From Euglena gracilis (lineage: Eukaryota): 64,000 nucleotides of DNA. The DNA is taken from positions 32,016,012-32,080,011 of the forward strand of contig CP154954.1 in the NCBI GenBank assembly GCA_039621445.1, in the 5' to 3' direction. The stretch's first letter is position 1, and every line of letters begins with the position of its first letter. The notes beneath the pieces are model-generated. The model saw only the letters and a program-made list of their open reading frames with translations. It did no database searches and had not been told where the DNA came from. The translations under genes were made by a program, and so were the position numbers. This document shows, piece by piece, positions 14,826-27,727 of this stretch.

Positions 14826-15127
14826 CCCCCCCCCCGGGAAACTGTCACCTGACAGGTTGGCCAATACCGGGGACCCTGACAACTTCCTATACTGACAGGT
14901 TGGCCGGTACCAGGGACCCTGACAGGTTCCCGGGCAAGACCCTGACAGTTTCCCGGGTAGGGCATTTCAAGGGAAAGTCAACGAAAAATGACCCTGACAG
15001 GTTGGCCGGTACCGGGGACCCTGACAACTTCCTATACTGACAGGTTGGCCGGTACCGGGGACCCTGACAGTTTCCCGGGCGGGACCCTGACAGGTTCTCG
15101 GGCATGACAGTTTCCCGGGGGGGGGGG
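14826..15127. mobile_element. MITE (TA-flanked) with internal GGACCCTGACAG repeats
   Basis: TIRs poly-C-GGGAAACTGTCA / TGACAGTTTCCC-poly-G, flanked by TA. Confidence 0.8.
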
Positions 15128-15952
15128 TAGGTAAGGGGCGACGCAGGAAGGGAATGCGCATGTGCGCATTCACCCCGATGTGCCATGTTTGATTGCAGCC
15201 ATTGCGGATGGGGTGTGGAGAAAATGTGTGCATATGTGCTTTCCTTGGTCTTCACAGCGGCCAGGTGTTGTATGGTTCTCAGTGCTGCAGCTTGAACTCT
15301 GAGTACAAGATAAAAAAGGGATCTATGTGGTGGGTGACGTTTGTTGTGGCCTTGCCAACAAGGCCACAGGTGGTCGTCCTCTGCCGTGTTTCGCTCCAGG
15401 GCTGCCTCGTCCTCGGACACCATTCGATCCTCGCAGGGAGGTCTACACTTCAGCCATGTGGTTTCAAACCCAGGCCAGGCGGGGGAGGTGGCGTGGAGGT
15501 TGGCCGGCCCACCTGGGAGTGCAACTATTCGGCAATGTATCTGTGGTTTAAAGCAAGACACAACACACTTTTTGTGCATATGCGCATTCACCGGCTTTTC
15601 ACTCATTCCGTGAAAGACTGCTGACCGCAGTTGGGAATTAGGGTACCCATCACTGAGGTATTTCCTCGGGCACTGAAATTCCTTTCTCATCCATTTTCCA
15701 TGGTGCGACACGGTGTATCGACACGGTCGATACACAGAAAAGGCAGACTGGAAAAAATCCTGGGTTCATCGGCAAGCTTTTTTTTTGTGATGTGCATGTG
15801 CCTGACCTATGGTCTCAAAGGCCTGGATAAATTTTGGGGCAAAGACTGACCCACCTCCCACATCCCACCCCCCACATCCGCCCGCCCACCAAGGCTAGTG
15901 GGGGGCCAATTTTTGTAAAAACAGTTGCGCAAATGCAGTTCAGAAGATAATT

Positions 15953-16078
15953 GCATCACCATGACCACTGCCATCACCATCATAACCCTCATCGCCATCA
16001 CCATCATCATGGCCATCATCATCGTTGTCGTCGTCGTCGTTTCCGACGTCACCATCATCATCGTGTCGTCATCATCAT
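15953..16078. repeat. Degenerate (CAT/CGT)n trinucleotide repeat
   Basis: Direct reading. Confidence 0.85.
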
Positions 16079-19000
16079 GCAAGCATTTGTAGTTTCTTTT
16101 TCGATTTTTATTGAAGAAGGCAGTGGGATGGTCGGCATAAGCACGCATCCTTCAGCAAAAAAAAACAGGCGGTTGGTATGGACAAGCAATCTCCCTTCTT
16201 TTCTCTCATATATAAATAGCCAGACCGGCTGGGTGGGCCACTGCAAAGAACAGGAGGGCACCGTAGCGGCTGGGGCTGAGCCACAAAGCGCCCCCACAGT
16301 TTTGAGTTGGGCGACAGGGGAGCCTTCAGACTCCGTACACCCAAATCCAAATAACAAACTCCAAATAACCTCTTTCACCAAAGGTCCCAAAGACCATCCA
16401 AACAAAACGGAGGTTTATGGGCCCTATGTCTGGCGATCACTGCTGTCAGTGCGGTCCAGCAGGGACGGAACAGCGCCACAGCCATAAAGCTCCACATGGG
16501 GTAGGCAGGGGAGACATACACCCGGACAGGAAGCCAGGCACGCCGTGTGCCTGGCGAGGGGACCGGCTCGGACTATGGCCCTCTTCCAAAAGGGAAAAAA
16601 AAAGATGAAGGGGAGAGAGGTGTGGCAGGACCTGGGGGAGTCCACTGCTTTGGGAGGGGACACAGGCAGGGAAGTGGCGGGGTAATCACTCGCCACCCGT
16701 TGGAAAGATCAGTCTCCCATTCTGAGAAGCCAATCAAAAAATCAAAGTCGAAAATCAGGCACTTCCGGTCGCTCGCCCCGTCCCCCATGGGGCATTGGTT
16801 TCTCAAGCTATTCGGACCAAAAGACCGAAATTAAGGGACTTCGACCATTTCTTCGAAAAAATGTACGGTCTGTAGCGCAGGCCGGGGGCAAGCACCTATA
16901 ATGAAGCCCAACATTTTGCCCATTTTAGGCCATTTAAAAGCCACTTTAGCATTTTAACCAAGAGGTGGTTCTGAAAATCATAATTCTAGGTCGTTTTTGT
17001 CCCAAAAAAAAAACTGCATCATAACCTGTGCAATTCATCGCTTCCAATTACAGGAGACGAAAATTACGGGAAAAATAATTGGAAAACGTTGACCTTGAAA
17101 ACATATGTAGGAAACTCAAAAATTGATGGGAACTCAAAAAATGGTCAAAATGGACTTCTGGTGGTCTTTTCTTATGATTGATTTGAAAATAGACCTCAGA
17201 AATTTGACTACCCCTGAGGGTATCTCCCTCAAAGGGTGTGGGAAAGGTACACTGGACAAAAGTACAGGAAAACAAATATATGGAAAAATCTGGGTGGCTT
17301 CCCATAATTTTTGTCTCCCGTAATTTTTGTCCGGATTGCATTCAGTAAAAGCACTATGAACAGCGAATCAAAAACACAAGAAGCTCAACAAATCTTCATT
17401 CATACCATACAGGAATTCTATTGTCGTTTACTGCAGGAAAGAATTCCATTGGAAAAAATGTCAATCTTAAAATGTAGCTCCAGGTGCCTGGGCTTTAGGT
17501 TCTTGCTGGAGAAATTTGCTGCCAAGAGCATGGGATCCCCAACATACCAAAAACACAGTCATTTGCCATTTGCGCCATTCAAGCAGTTTGACACTACTTA
17601 ACATCTTCAGGAGGTCAAAAAAGTTTTTTTTTGTGCTTTCCCTCCATTTTGAACAATCTTCAACTTCACCTACAGGTTTGGATAGGATCTGATGAGTGGA
17701 CTGATATCTGGGCAATCTTTCATTGGTTTTTTCCCCCTGCACACGATCATGAACATTGGCTTTCGAAAAAAGGAAATCTATGAAAATTCACGGAAAATCA
17801 CGGATAATCACAGATATATTTTCAGCCAGGACGGAAATAAAAAAGGAATCCTGTGGCAAGCCCAAAAAGAGGATGTCAATCTAAGCTGTCTTCAAAAAGT
17901 CACAGGTTTAGTGCCAAATTTTGAGTAAATTTGGAAACATAAATGGTCGTGGGCGTCATCCATTTCTTGCTCCCATCACTTGAGAACCGATTTTTGAACT
18001 TTGCGCACACTTTCTCATGGATTGTTTTTAATTTCAAAGGCAGTCCTCTTTTAGGAGGCCAAAATCCGCAGTCGACCCAAAAAAAAACATCAAATAACTC
18101 CCCCAAAATTTCAGGAAATTTGGCTTCCCAAGTGGGGGGTAAATTGATCGGGGTGGCACGGTACAGAAAATTGTGGAAATTGTGGGAAAATTGCAGTTAC
18201 CAATTCCCCGCCTGAAAATTTAATACCCCCAGCCAATACATTGGCCTGGGCAATCCAACATTTGGACAAGCCTTTGGGGACGCCTTAGGACACCATATTG
18301 GCTGCAACGTCCCAATTAAGGGGACAAACTCGATTGAAAAAATGGGTGTATTTTACCTGAAAGCCCAGATGGAAAACTTTGTGAGGGGTAGTGACTGCAA
18401 AAATCAGGGGGGTTAGGAAAAGAGGGGCCACAACCATTAACCCGATGCACGAGGGGGAAGGTTTGCATTGCTGCAGGACATTAACAATGCAAATTGGGAT
18501 GCGCGTGCCAATCCGGCCAGGAAATTAATCCTCAGGGTCGACAAACGAACCTCTTTGATAGATCCGTCCCCATCAAAACAATATTTATAACAATAGGAAT
18601 CAATTCCACCCGAAACAGACAATCTTCACACAATTGCGAGAAAGAAAAATGAGACGAAACGACCCAAAACTTCCATCCAATTTCATTTGTCCGCACCAAA
18701 CCTTTCCAAGAACTTTTGGAGGAACAACCATCCGGGGGGGGGGGGGTTAAATTTAGAAACATTGCGCTTCCTGGGTCCGAAATTGAGCATGCGGTGGATG
18801 CGAAAACTGCGGAAGAAAGACAAGACATTTCAGCACGTCCAGGTGTCAAATTATGTGCATTGCGTAGCAAGAAGCCCCTCCGATGTATGTCGGATAAAGC
18901 ACCCCTCACGTAAGAACTCTTTGGGTGTTTTCGGACCAACCCCTCACATATGGCACGTTTGGGGGATTTCAGAAAAGCGAATGAAAACTGCCCTGAAAAG

Positions 19001-19469
19001 CAAGGGGAAAATTTCAGCCAAGCCGAGGAAATATCATACTTTCTTCAACGTCACTTTTGTCGTATTTTGCAAAACATCTTGTAAAATGCCAGGTAAATTT
19101 TTTGCATATACAAAAGACATTTACAACAGGGAACAGAAAGCTGAAAACAAGGTACTCCCAGGGACAATTTTCGGCAGCTGCAATAGCAGCTGAAGGTGTC
19201 TTATATGGGGGGGAAGGACGTTATGGATGGCAGAGGTCCTCTGTCTTAAGTGCAACTGGATGGGTTTTTGTCGACAATTTTGGGTGCCTGCTGTTGTCTT
19301 TGTGCTTATTATTTTAGGCAGCAGCTAACTACCGGCCCCCAGGGGAGGCTATTCGTTAGTCGGGGGGCGGGGGTCCACTTCCTCAAACATGTGCAGATGG
19401 GGCTTTGATGGCATGCTTTGATGTTTTCTGTTACAGTAGGTCAAAACTACTCGCACAGGGTCATAACTA

Positions 19470-19869
19470 AACCCCCCCTCCCACTTATAAAACCCCCGGG
19501 GTTCAATGGATCCGGTTTGGTTGGTCGGCCGAAGGGGGGGGGTTATAAGTGGGGAGGGGGGCTTATAAGTCCCGGAATTGTTGGTGAAAATCCGACCCCC
19601 GAAAATGACCCCGAAACCCCCCCCAAATTGGCAAACATTCGTCAAATGTGGACAAAAATGGCATTTTAAAAGAGGTCGGTCTCAAAAAAACTGCCAAAAA
19701 TCAACTTTTGGTGGTTTGCGGCCGAAAAACCTGTCCCCGGCGGCTTTCGTTTTTCTTCCCCGGGGGGGGGGTTATAAGTCCCGGTTTGGTTGGTCGGCCC
19801 GGGGGGGGGGGGTTATAAGTAGGGGGGGGGTTTATAAGTGGGGGGGGGTTAATAAGTGGGAGGGGGGTT
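19470..19869. mobile_element. MITE with TTATAAGT repeats
   Basis: Inverted ends AACCCCCCCTCCCACTTAT / ATAAGTGGGAGGGGGGTT, flanked by TA. Confidence 0.7.
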
Positions 19870-20002
19870 TACTCGTACACCCTCCCCAAGGAAAAATGTG
19901 AAGGATCCACTGCAGTTCCGCACGACGTGCATGTTGCCATGTTGCCTGTCCCATTTGGTGGCATGGTAATATAAAATGTGCTCCGCAGAGCATTTCTGCA
20001 CA

Positions 20003-20780
20003 ATGCTACCCAAGCGAACCAGCCCTGAGCATGATGCTCAGCGGGCCCGGATTTGGGCTTCCTTTTGTGGTAGCTCCAGCTATGGGGACGTCGCCTCGGC
20101 CACAGCACCGTGCAGTCCATTGTCAAGCAGATTCGAGATTCGGGACAAATCGCTGCATGGACTGGTGCTGGGCGTCCCCCTGTGGCATCAGAGGTGTGCT
20201 TTCCCATCTTTTTGACGGGTGGATCAACGTTTTTATGCATGCTCGGGTACAAAACGCGCTGTTCCGCCTCGCCAACAAACATCCCTTCTCGGGGGCGACC
20301 CAGCTGGCTTTACATGCCGTCATGCTGGGAGCATTGACCAACCGACCCCCTGGAACTGTGATATAGGTGTACAAATGCTTCTAGGGCTTGTCTGTGTTGT
20401 TGTATATATTTGCTGATACCAGCGCGCCCTTCAAAATCAACGGTGCAGCGCATGTTGCGTCGGCTGGGGTGCCGCATCGTTCGGGTCGTGCAAAAGCCAC
20501 TGCTGTCCTTGACGAACAAGCGCAAGAGACTGGAGTACGCCAGGAAGCATCAGGTGTTCGACTGGTCGAAGATCATTTTGTCGGACGGAAAGATTGTCCG
20601 GGTGAGGCCTGGGGAGCAAGTGAGGTATGTTACTGCATCCTTGCTCGTCTAGATCGCTTTTTCACCATTTTAGACGGTAACTGTGCCTGGCATTGGTTCT
20701 TTTCTGGTACAGGTGCTAGAAACTCATTCGGGAGTCGAAATACATCGCAAAATACACCGTCCCTGTGCATTTTTAGGCGG
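20003..20780 (+). pseudogene. Tc1/mariner transposase relic (N-terminal half) with short introns
   Basis: HTH1 SYGDVASAT/STVQSIVKQ, linker GAGRPP and HTH2 LFRLANKHPFSGATQLA are present. Then SKSTVQRMLRRLG...KPLLSLTNKRKRLEYARKHQVFDWSKIILSD (first catalytic Asp). After a GT-AG intron (20625-20712) comes PVHF*A (VMVWG-like). Confidence 0.85.
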
Positions 20781-21074
20781 AGAATTAGGGGTATGATTGT
20801 CACTAAGAAACGTACTAGTATTGGGTTTACACATACACTTGAATTAGCCTAATTTTAGGCCCTGAAACAAGCCAAACTTTCTAATCATACCCATTTCCCT
20901 AATTATCACCATAATAATAATCCTAACACTAACCCAAACACTGCCCCTATCCTAAATCCTATATGGAGATTTCCAAACTACGAATTTGTTCGGGACAGCG
21001 CGAAAAACTGGAGAACTTTTCTCTTTATGAACGCAGGGGGTCTGATCGCACCTGTTTAACTACTGGGGTATGTA

Positions 21075-21251
21075 CCTCCCCCCCTTGTCGTTGACACGCC
21101 AATGTTCCAGGAGAGTTCCGTTGACACTGGGGGTGTGTCAACGACACGCCATGCCAATGTCATGTGATTCAATATGTAGTGTTCCAAAAAAGTGTCGTTG
21201 ACATGGGGGTTTTGTCAACGACACGCCGTGTCAACGACAAGGGGGGGGAGG
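21075..21251. mobile_element. Tc1/mariner-type MITE (TA TSD)
   Basis: TIRs CCTCCCCCCCTTGTCGTTGACACG / CGTGTCAACGACAAGGGGGGGGAGG, flanked by TA on both sides. Confidence 0.85.
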
Positions 21252-21659
21252 TATGTATGAATGTATGTACGTACGTATGTATGTATGTATGTATGTATGA
21301 GTGTGTATGTGTGTATGTGTGTATGTATGTGTGTGTGTATGTATGTATGTATGTATGTATGTATGTATGTATGTATGTATGTATGTATGTATGTATGTAT
21401 GTATGCATGCATGTATGCACGTGTATGTATGTATACATGTATGCATGTATGCATGTATGTATGTATGTATGTATGTATGTATGTATGTATGTATGTATGT
21501 ATGTATGTATGTATGTATGTATGGATGTATGTATGTATGTATGTATGTATGTATGTATGTATGTATGTATGTATGTATGTATGTATGCATGCATGTATGT
21601 ATGTATGTATGTATGTATGTATGTATGTATGTATGTATGTATGTATGTATGTATGTATG
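21252..21659. repeat. (TATG)n microsatellite
   Basis: Direct reading. Confidence 0.98.
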
Positions 21660-22116
21660 GTGCCCGTGAGGGCCATTGGCACTGAAGACCTAAAAAAAGG
21701 GCTCAAACGGAAAGGTCAATGCTGCTTGAGGTTGTGGGGCAGCCCCCAGGCCATGTGAAGGCTCCCTGTTAATACCAGGGACAACCGCACCTGAAGGGTT
21801 GGTGTTGGGTCACGGCCCTAGGAAACCAAGCAATCTTCCTTGACAAAAGCCATTTCCGGGCACCTGGCACCTTCGGTCGGCGCCGCTGGGTGTTCTGTGG
21901 CACTACCCACTTCAAAACCGACGAAAATGCCCTCCTGCCCCCCCCACCCCCCGCCTGCCAGAGTACCTACTACTACCTACCGACCTACCTACCTACCTAC
22001 CTACCTACTACTAGTACCTACTCCCGATCTTCAGCTATGTCAGCCTCCCCAGAAATAACTGCTTTTTTTTGCACCCTTTCCCGGTAAACCTGTCACCCAG
22101 CCCCCTCCCCCCCAAC

Positions 22117-22349
22117 CAAGCACCTTCGGTCACCCACCCCTTTGGGCCCCGCATCGCCCTGCATCGCCCAGCAGTATGGGCCAAATATGGACCCCACTTC
22201 AGCCATCCAAAATCCCTGCATCCAAAAAATACAAAAAAAATCCCCGCATCGCCCTGCATCGCCCTGCATCGCCCTGCATCAGAACCCCACCTTTCGCCTC
22301 CAAAATTCCCGCATCGCCCTGCATCGCCCTGCATCGCCGAAGGTGCTTG
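22117..22349. mobile_element. hAT-like MITE
   Basis: TIRs CAAGCACCTTCGG / CCGAAGGTGCTTG, 8-bp TSD CCCCCAAC, GCATCGCCCT decamers. Confidence 0.9.
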
Positions 22350-22509
22350 CCCCCAACCTGCCCCCCCCCCCCCGAGGAGGGTAGCTGTGCTTTTTTTCGG
22401 GGGAGGGGGATGGCGTCTTCACGAAGTGCGAAATGCCAAATAAATCTGTCTCTGAAGGGTTGGGGAGGGAAAAGAAAATTTGGCGCAGTCTGCGCCACCC
22501 AAGCCAGAC

Positions 22510-24168
22510 CCCGGACTGCAGCTGCAGCTGCTTTCGGCCCCCGGGCATGGCCCCGGGGGGTCGGGTGGGCCGCGGGGGGAGGAGGGGGGAGACCCGGTGG
22601 GTGCGGGGCAGAGGCCGGGGTTCCGCGGCCCAGGGCTTGGGGGAGTGGGCCACGATGGGCAGACGGGCCACACTGGGAAATGGGCCCTGCTGCCCGCCGG
22701 GCAAGCCGAGGGGCCAGAATAGCACTGTGTGTGTGCCCAATTCATTAAGCTTTACAGTATTTCCTTCTGGGCACGTTGGGCTTAAGGACGTTAAGCTTGG
22801 GGTAAGCCCAGGACATGATGAATGCTCCAAATTTCAAAATCCTGCCACAAATCTCACGTTTTCAAACCACAGCATGCATTACTTTACGTACCCTCTGTTT
22901 GATGTGTACGTGGTTTGATTTCATCTGCAATCTGTTAAGCAATCTTTTAGGCAATGAGCGCAATTTCAAACTGATGTCTCGTTTTGCACCTCATTTGCCT
23001 TCACTGAAATGCAGCAAATTGCAGCAGGGGGTGTAGTTTATTTGGGCATACGATATCAGGCCGCTTTATCAGGGTGCCCTAAGCTGTAGCCCCACCCAGC
23101 AGCCCACCCACCCAGCAGCCCCCACACCCATCCACACAGACCTGTGCAATTGCAGCACAGACCATGAAGGCAAACAGTGGGTGGGACGTGAGCACGTTCT
23201 CGCCCTGGGGGGTCCGCGGGGGCCCCCGAACACGGAACGTGAGGATGGCGTTTGGGCGGCGCCGCGGCAGGGGGCTGGCGCAGGCTGCCGTAGGGCCCGT
23301 CAGGTCCTCGTCGTCAGACAGCGTGCGGAAACTGACGGGGGCAGACCCGGGGGCTCAGAACTTAACCGGGCAACCAGAGGGCCAGTTACTGAGGAAATCT
23401 GAGAGGCCTGAGGATGGCACAGTGCACGAACACAATGAACAAGCCCAAACCCAGGCACGCACGCAAACATCCGGACACACAAACAGCTACACAGACACAC
23501 AATATCCACAACACCACGCCACGACACATCACGCGACATCGCAATGCCACAACACGCTGGAGGCAAAACAGCCAGACACAGGATACATTTGTTTCAATTA
23601 CCCCCCCCCCCCTTGTCGTACGACCAGGTTCCTGCGACCAGGGGGGTGGTCGTAATACCCCATAACCTGCAACCTGCGACCGCGCGGTGGTCGTAAATGA
23701 GGGGTGGTCGTACAACAAGGGGGGGGTAAGGAAAGAGGCCTGACCCCGTTGACTACTCGGCCCTTGCAACCTGATTGGGGGAGTGCTCCTCCTCCTCCTG
23801 CTCCAGCAGGTCGAACGAGGCGGTTGCGGCGGCGTGGGGCTTCACCGTTGGCTGCCCGGTCCCGCCCCCCTGCCGGTCATGGGCAGGGGTCGATGCCAGG
23901 GCAGGTGGAGAGGGGTGGGTCGAACCCCCCTCCGGTCCAGGAGGGAGGCGTGAGGGGAGACACCCCATCTAAACACCGTATGGTGCCCCCGCAACCCCTG
24001 GCAAGCCTGCCCCACCCACCGCTCGACTTGCTCCAACCAGTCACGTCGGTTTGGGTTGGCAGAGAGCAGGCTGGACTCTGCCCTCAGGGCAGCGGCGGCG
24101 GCGGCGGCCCGAGACGGCGGGGCCTCCGCGCGGGGCACGACGGTGGCGCAGGAGGAGGCGCAGCCCAT
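22510..24168 (-). CDS. 5' exons of an intron-rich host gene encoding an unknown protein with N-terminal MGCASSC acylation motif (probably continues towards ~6150)
   Basis: An acceptor AG lies 11 nt upstream of ATG 24168. GC-rich AG/GT-bounded exons sit at ~24168-24015, 23869-23771, 23331-23163 and 22686-22510, and their peptides match the paralogue at 40330-47864. Some junction phases are unresolved. Confidence 0.6.
23601..23726. mobile_element. Tc1/mariner-type MITE (TA TSD)
   Basis: TIRs poly-C-TTGTCGTACGACC / GGTCGTACAACAA-poly-G with TA flanks; a longer relative lies at 9467-9697. Confidence 0.8.
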
Positions 24169-24639
24169 GGCAGACAACCCTGGGGGTGGGGGGTGAGGGG
24201 GTCCAAGCAAATCGACGTCGCTGCCACCATGGTTGACCAACGACCATAAACATCCATCGCTATCCGGTGTTTCTGTGGTGAAAAGCCCAGAGGAGCCATC
24301 TTGTTGATGGCTCTTCATCAGTAGGTGCCCTCGCTTCACAACAAACTAAATTAGTTCCTTAGACAACAGGGAATGCACTTTTCTTGTTGGGTCACAAAAT
24401 TATGGTAGCTTTTGTGAAAATGCGCAATTTCCATTCTGGAAGCAGGGTGCGCACTTAGGCGGCCGGATTCGCACTTAAACGTTTTTTTTGAAATTTGCGC
24501 AACTACGCAAATCCACAATTTTTACGAAACCCCTGGGACCCTGCACCCTGCCCGCCGAAAAAAAAAATTGTAAACGCGAATGTAACTCGTTAGGTTTGAA
24601 CAATTCGAACCCCTTCTAATACAAATGATATGTACAAAT

Positions 24640-25200
24640 GATATGCATCGAGCCAGCAGGATGGCCAGCACTGCTGCGTCAGCAGACGCGCGACGGCCTG
24701 CGGCCAAGGAGGTGGCAGCGACCTCCACACCGCGATGGGGACCCCGGCCAGACCCGGCGCAGCACCTTCCCGCATCAAACGCAGGGCCGCAGACACCTGT
24801 GTTGCAGTCCAGGGTGAGGAGGGCCATGTGGCGACAGGTTGTAGGTACCAAAGCCGAGCCGATGAACGCCCTCCAGCGCTCCTCTTCATCTAGCCCCGCA
24901 TGTTTCCGCAGCATCTGGTCGACCCAGAAGGCGCGCACAGCCCCATCCACAGCCGCCGCGGTGAGGCACTGCTGCCCCAAGGCGTCCAGGACAGGGCACG
25001 AGCCCCACGGCACCCGCAGCCAGCGTTGGATGACACCCAGGTCCTCCTTCCACAAGCGGGGCAGCGCAGCCTTGAACCGCTTGCAACGCTCCGCCCGATG
25101 ACATCGTAGGAGGGCTTGCAGGTCTGGGAGTCGGGCAGAGATGGCGTTCTGCACTGCCGCTGCCAGCACAGCCACCGGCACTTCCCGCGGCAGGGACACC
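24640..25200 (-). mobile_element. Non-LTR retrotransposon (LINE) fragment, region N-terminal to and including RT domain 0
   Basis: QVSAALRLMREGAAPGLAGVPIAVWRSL...WPSCWLDAY resembles the (K)APGxDG and P-x-x-W LINE motifs; frameshifted. Confidence 0.65.
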
Positions 25201-25921
25201 CACGGCGCTCCGGGTCATCGAGCAGAGCCATCCAGTGGTGGCTGCTTCCCTATTCCAATAACCTAATAATATGCCTAAATTGAATAAAGTGTCATTGACC
25301 ACTTTCACTAGTTCTTTGTGCTGAATCCCACGGCTGGCCCCCTTTGCACTCCATGAAAGCGCACCCCAGCACGTACCAATTTCCTCCTCGCCCAATTGTG
25401 CTTGCACATCAATGTATTTGCGAAGGAACCCCCTTGCACACCTTTGTGTTTGGAAGAAGCCACCAAAGATGATACTTTTCACCTGCACTTCTACCCCGCA
25501 AAAAAGTACACCACATATTGTCAGATCCTTCACAAATACAAAACGCTCCCTTGGGAAAATCCTGAAATTACCTGCAAGCAGTCATTGCTTTCGCACATTT
25601 CGCCTCACTCACCTATCCTCAAAATTTACGTGTAAAATGCACAACTCACCAACATTCAATATTTGCTTCTCTTGACTGTTTGATGTTTCGGTGAATGCAA
25701 TGTAGTTTCCTATTCAGATTGTTCAGTGGTATCCTTCTTCTGTTGTAGTGATCTGTTCAAAAATTATTTTGTTGAGTTGGGTTTGGGATTTTGTTGGGTT
25801 GCGGAAACGGAAAACGGCTTCTTTGCATTCTCCTGTTTTATTTTCACAGGGTTCCTTCCATCATCTCCAAACGACGCAGTACTTTCAACCAGACCTCTTC
25901 CAGAAACCTCAAAAAAAAAAA

Positions 25922-25922
25922 A

Positions 25923-25960
<38 letters not shown>

Positions 25961-25981
25961 GTATATATATATGTATATATA

Positions 25982-26024
<43 letters not shown>
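25922..26024. repeat. (TA)n microsatellite
   Basis: Direct reading. Confidence 0.97.
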
Positions 26025-27727
26025 GGAAAATGATTGTGGCACTACAAACAGCTTTAAAAAAATCAACAAAAACGCTGCCTTTGGAATGTGTTATCCCCTT
26101 CGTGGTCCGGAAATTGTGTATCACGTGGAGGTCTTCCGAAAATGCCCAGTGACAATGAGTTGTCATAAACACTGTCTCTATATTTTTATTGGCAAGCAAT
26201 TTATGATTTTTTGGGGAAAAAAGAAGATTTGTTCGGGGAAATACTGAAAAGAAACATGATCGAAAACCGTATGGCAAAAACTTGATAAATATGCTTCTTT
26301 TTTAAAGACATTTTTTGTTTTAGAATGACGTAACATGAGACAGCAAGCAGAAACCCATCAAAAAAAATCCGCCACCTCTCCCAAGGCACTGGAATGCTAC
26401 AGCAAATTCACCGTTGAAATAGGGCAATAGGGTGGTTCAATGGTGCGCTTTACATGACACTGTTCTTCACAACAAACGCTGGGTGGTGTCCCAGAAAGGC
26501 GTCCTTGGCAAATACATTTCGTGCCTTGGACAAGGGGGGGATAAAACAGGGTCACCAGGGACCAAACCCTGCCGGAGGGGGGACCATGGGGAAGCGTTGG
26601 TTGAGTGGTAGATTCTCATAATTCCCAATATTTTAGCCCCCGGGGGGACCCGCCCCGCAGGGATCCGGGGTGGTCGAATAAGCCGCCCGCAGTGATTCCC
26701 CACAGCGTTTTGTTCATGAGGGACATCACTACCTACCCGCTTTCCCTTGAACCTGATGGGGAAAGGGAGACAGAGAATGTTTTATGAGTTGAATTTTACG
26801 AGTCTGCGAGTTGAATACCCAAATGATGAGCCAGTGGTTCCTTGTTCAAAGTTAGCGGCGAGCCCAGTTTTCGCGCACTTTGTCCCATGGCCAGGCAGCC
26901 ACTGCCCCCCCCGTGGCATTAGTGCCTGCCTGCCCAGGCACTCTGGGGCACCCTTCCCCCCCCTCAGATTGGTCAAATTAAGCCTGGCCAGCCCTCTTTG
27001 CGGAGCCCAGCTGAGATTTTTTTTCTTCAAAAGAGGATCAAGGCTGCGTTTTTCAAGGGCGTTTGGTGTTGTCACAGTAATTGGAATGCGGACTACTGGT
27101 ATTTTTTAAAGGTTGGAACCCCGGGAGGGGGGGACAGGGGAGGGGATAGGGTGGGTGGGTTCGCCAGACCCCCTCAGAGGTGTGAGGCCCTCTGTTATTT
27201 TTTGCATGAAGCGCAGGAAATTTTCTTTTGGAACCCCAAGATTGACCCCCAAGAGTGGTTCTCAGTTAGTTAGCCCCCAAAAGTAGTTCTCGGGTTTGCT
27301 CCCCCCGGACCCCCTCCCCAATTGGATGGGTGCAGAGGGGAGAGCTAACCAGCCCAAACTTCTACCATAGCTCCATCCCTACAAACCCCCTGGGGTCCTT
27401 AAAGAGGTATACAACCGCCAGCATGTATTGTTGATATATTTTTTGCGTGCTGGCCCCTTCTTGGTTTTGGCCAACTTTGGAAGCAAGCCGACTCTTGGTT
27501 TGCTCAAGGTCCCAATCCCATCTACCTTTTCAAACAACTGGTGGCCAGCTTTTATACATGGAAACAGATAGACAGCAGGGGAGGGAAATGCACGTTGCAT
27601 CCATTCTTTTGCATAATACTCAAATATTTTGAAAATTTGATTTTTTTTGCAGAATGAAACATTTGCGGAAAGCTTCTTTTTTGCAATTGTTGCATATTTT
27701 GTCACACATTTTTGGGGGGCAATTGTA

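Noticed and set aside
21164-21758. Long ORFs (MYVC/HTYI repeats), likewise the YI-repeat ORFs at 25726-26277 and the His-rich ORF at 15951
   Set aside because: Artefacts of stop-free microsatellites.
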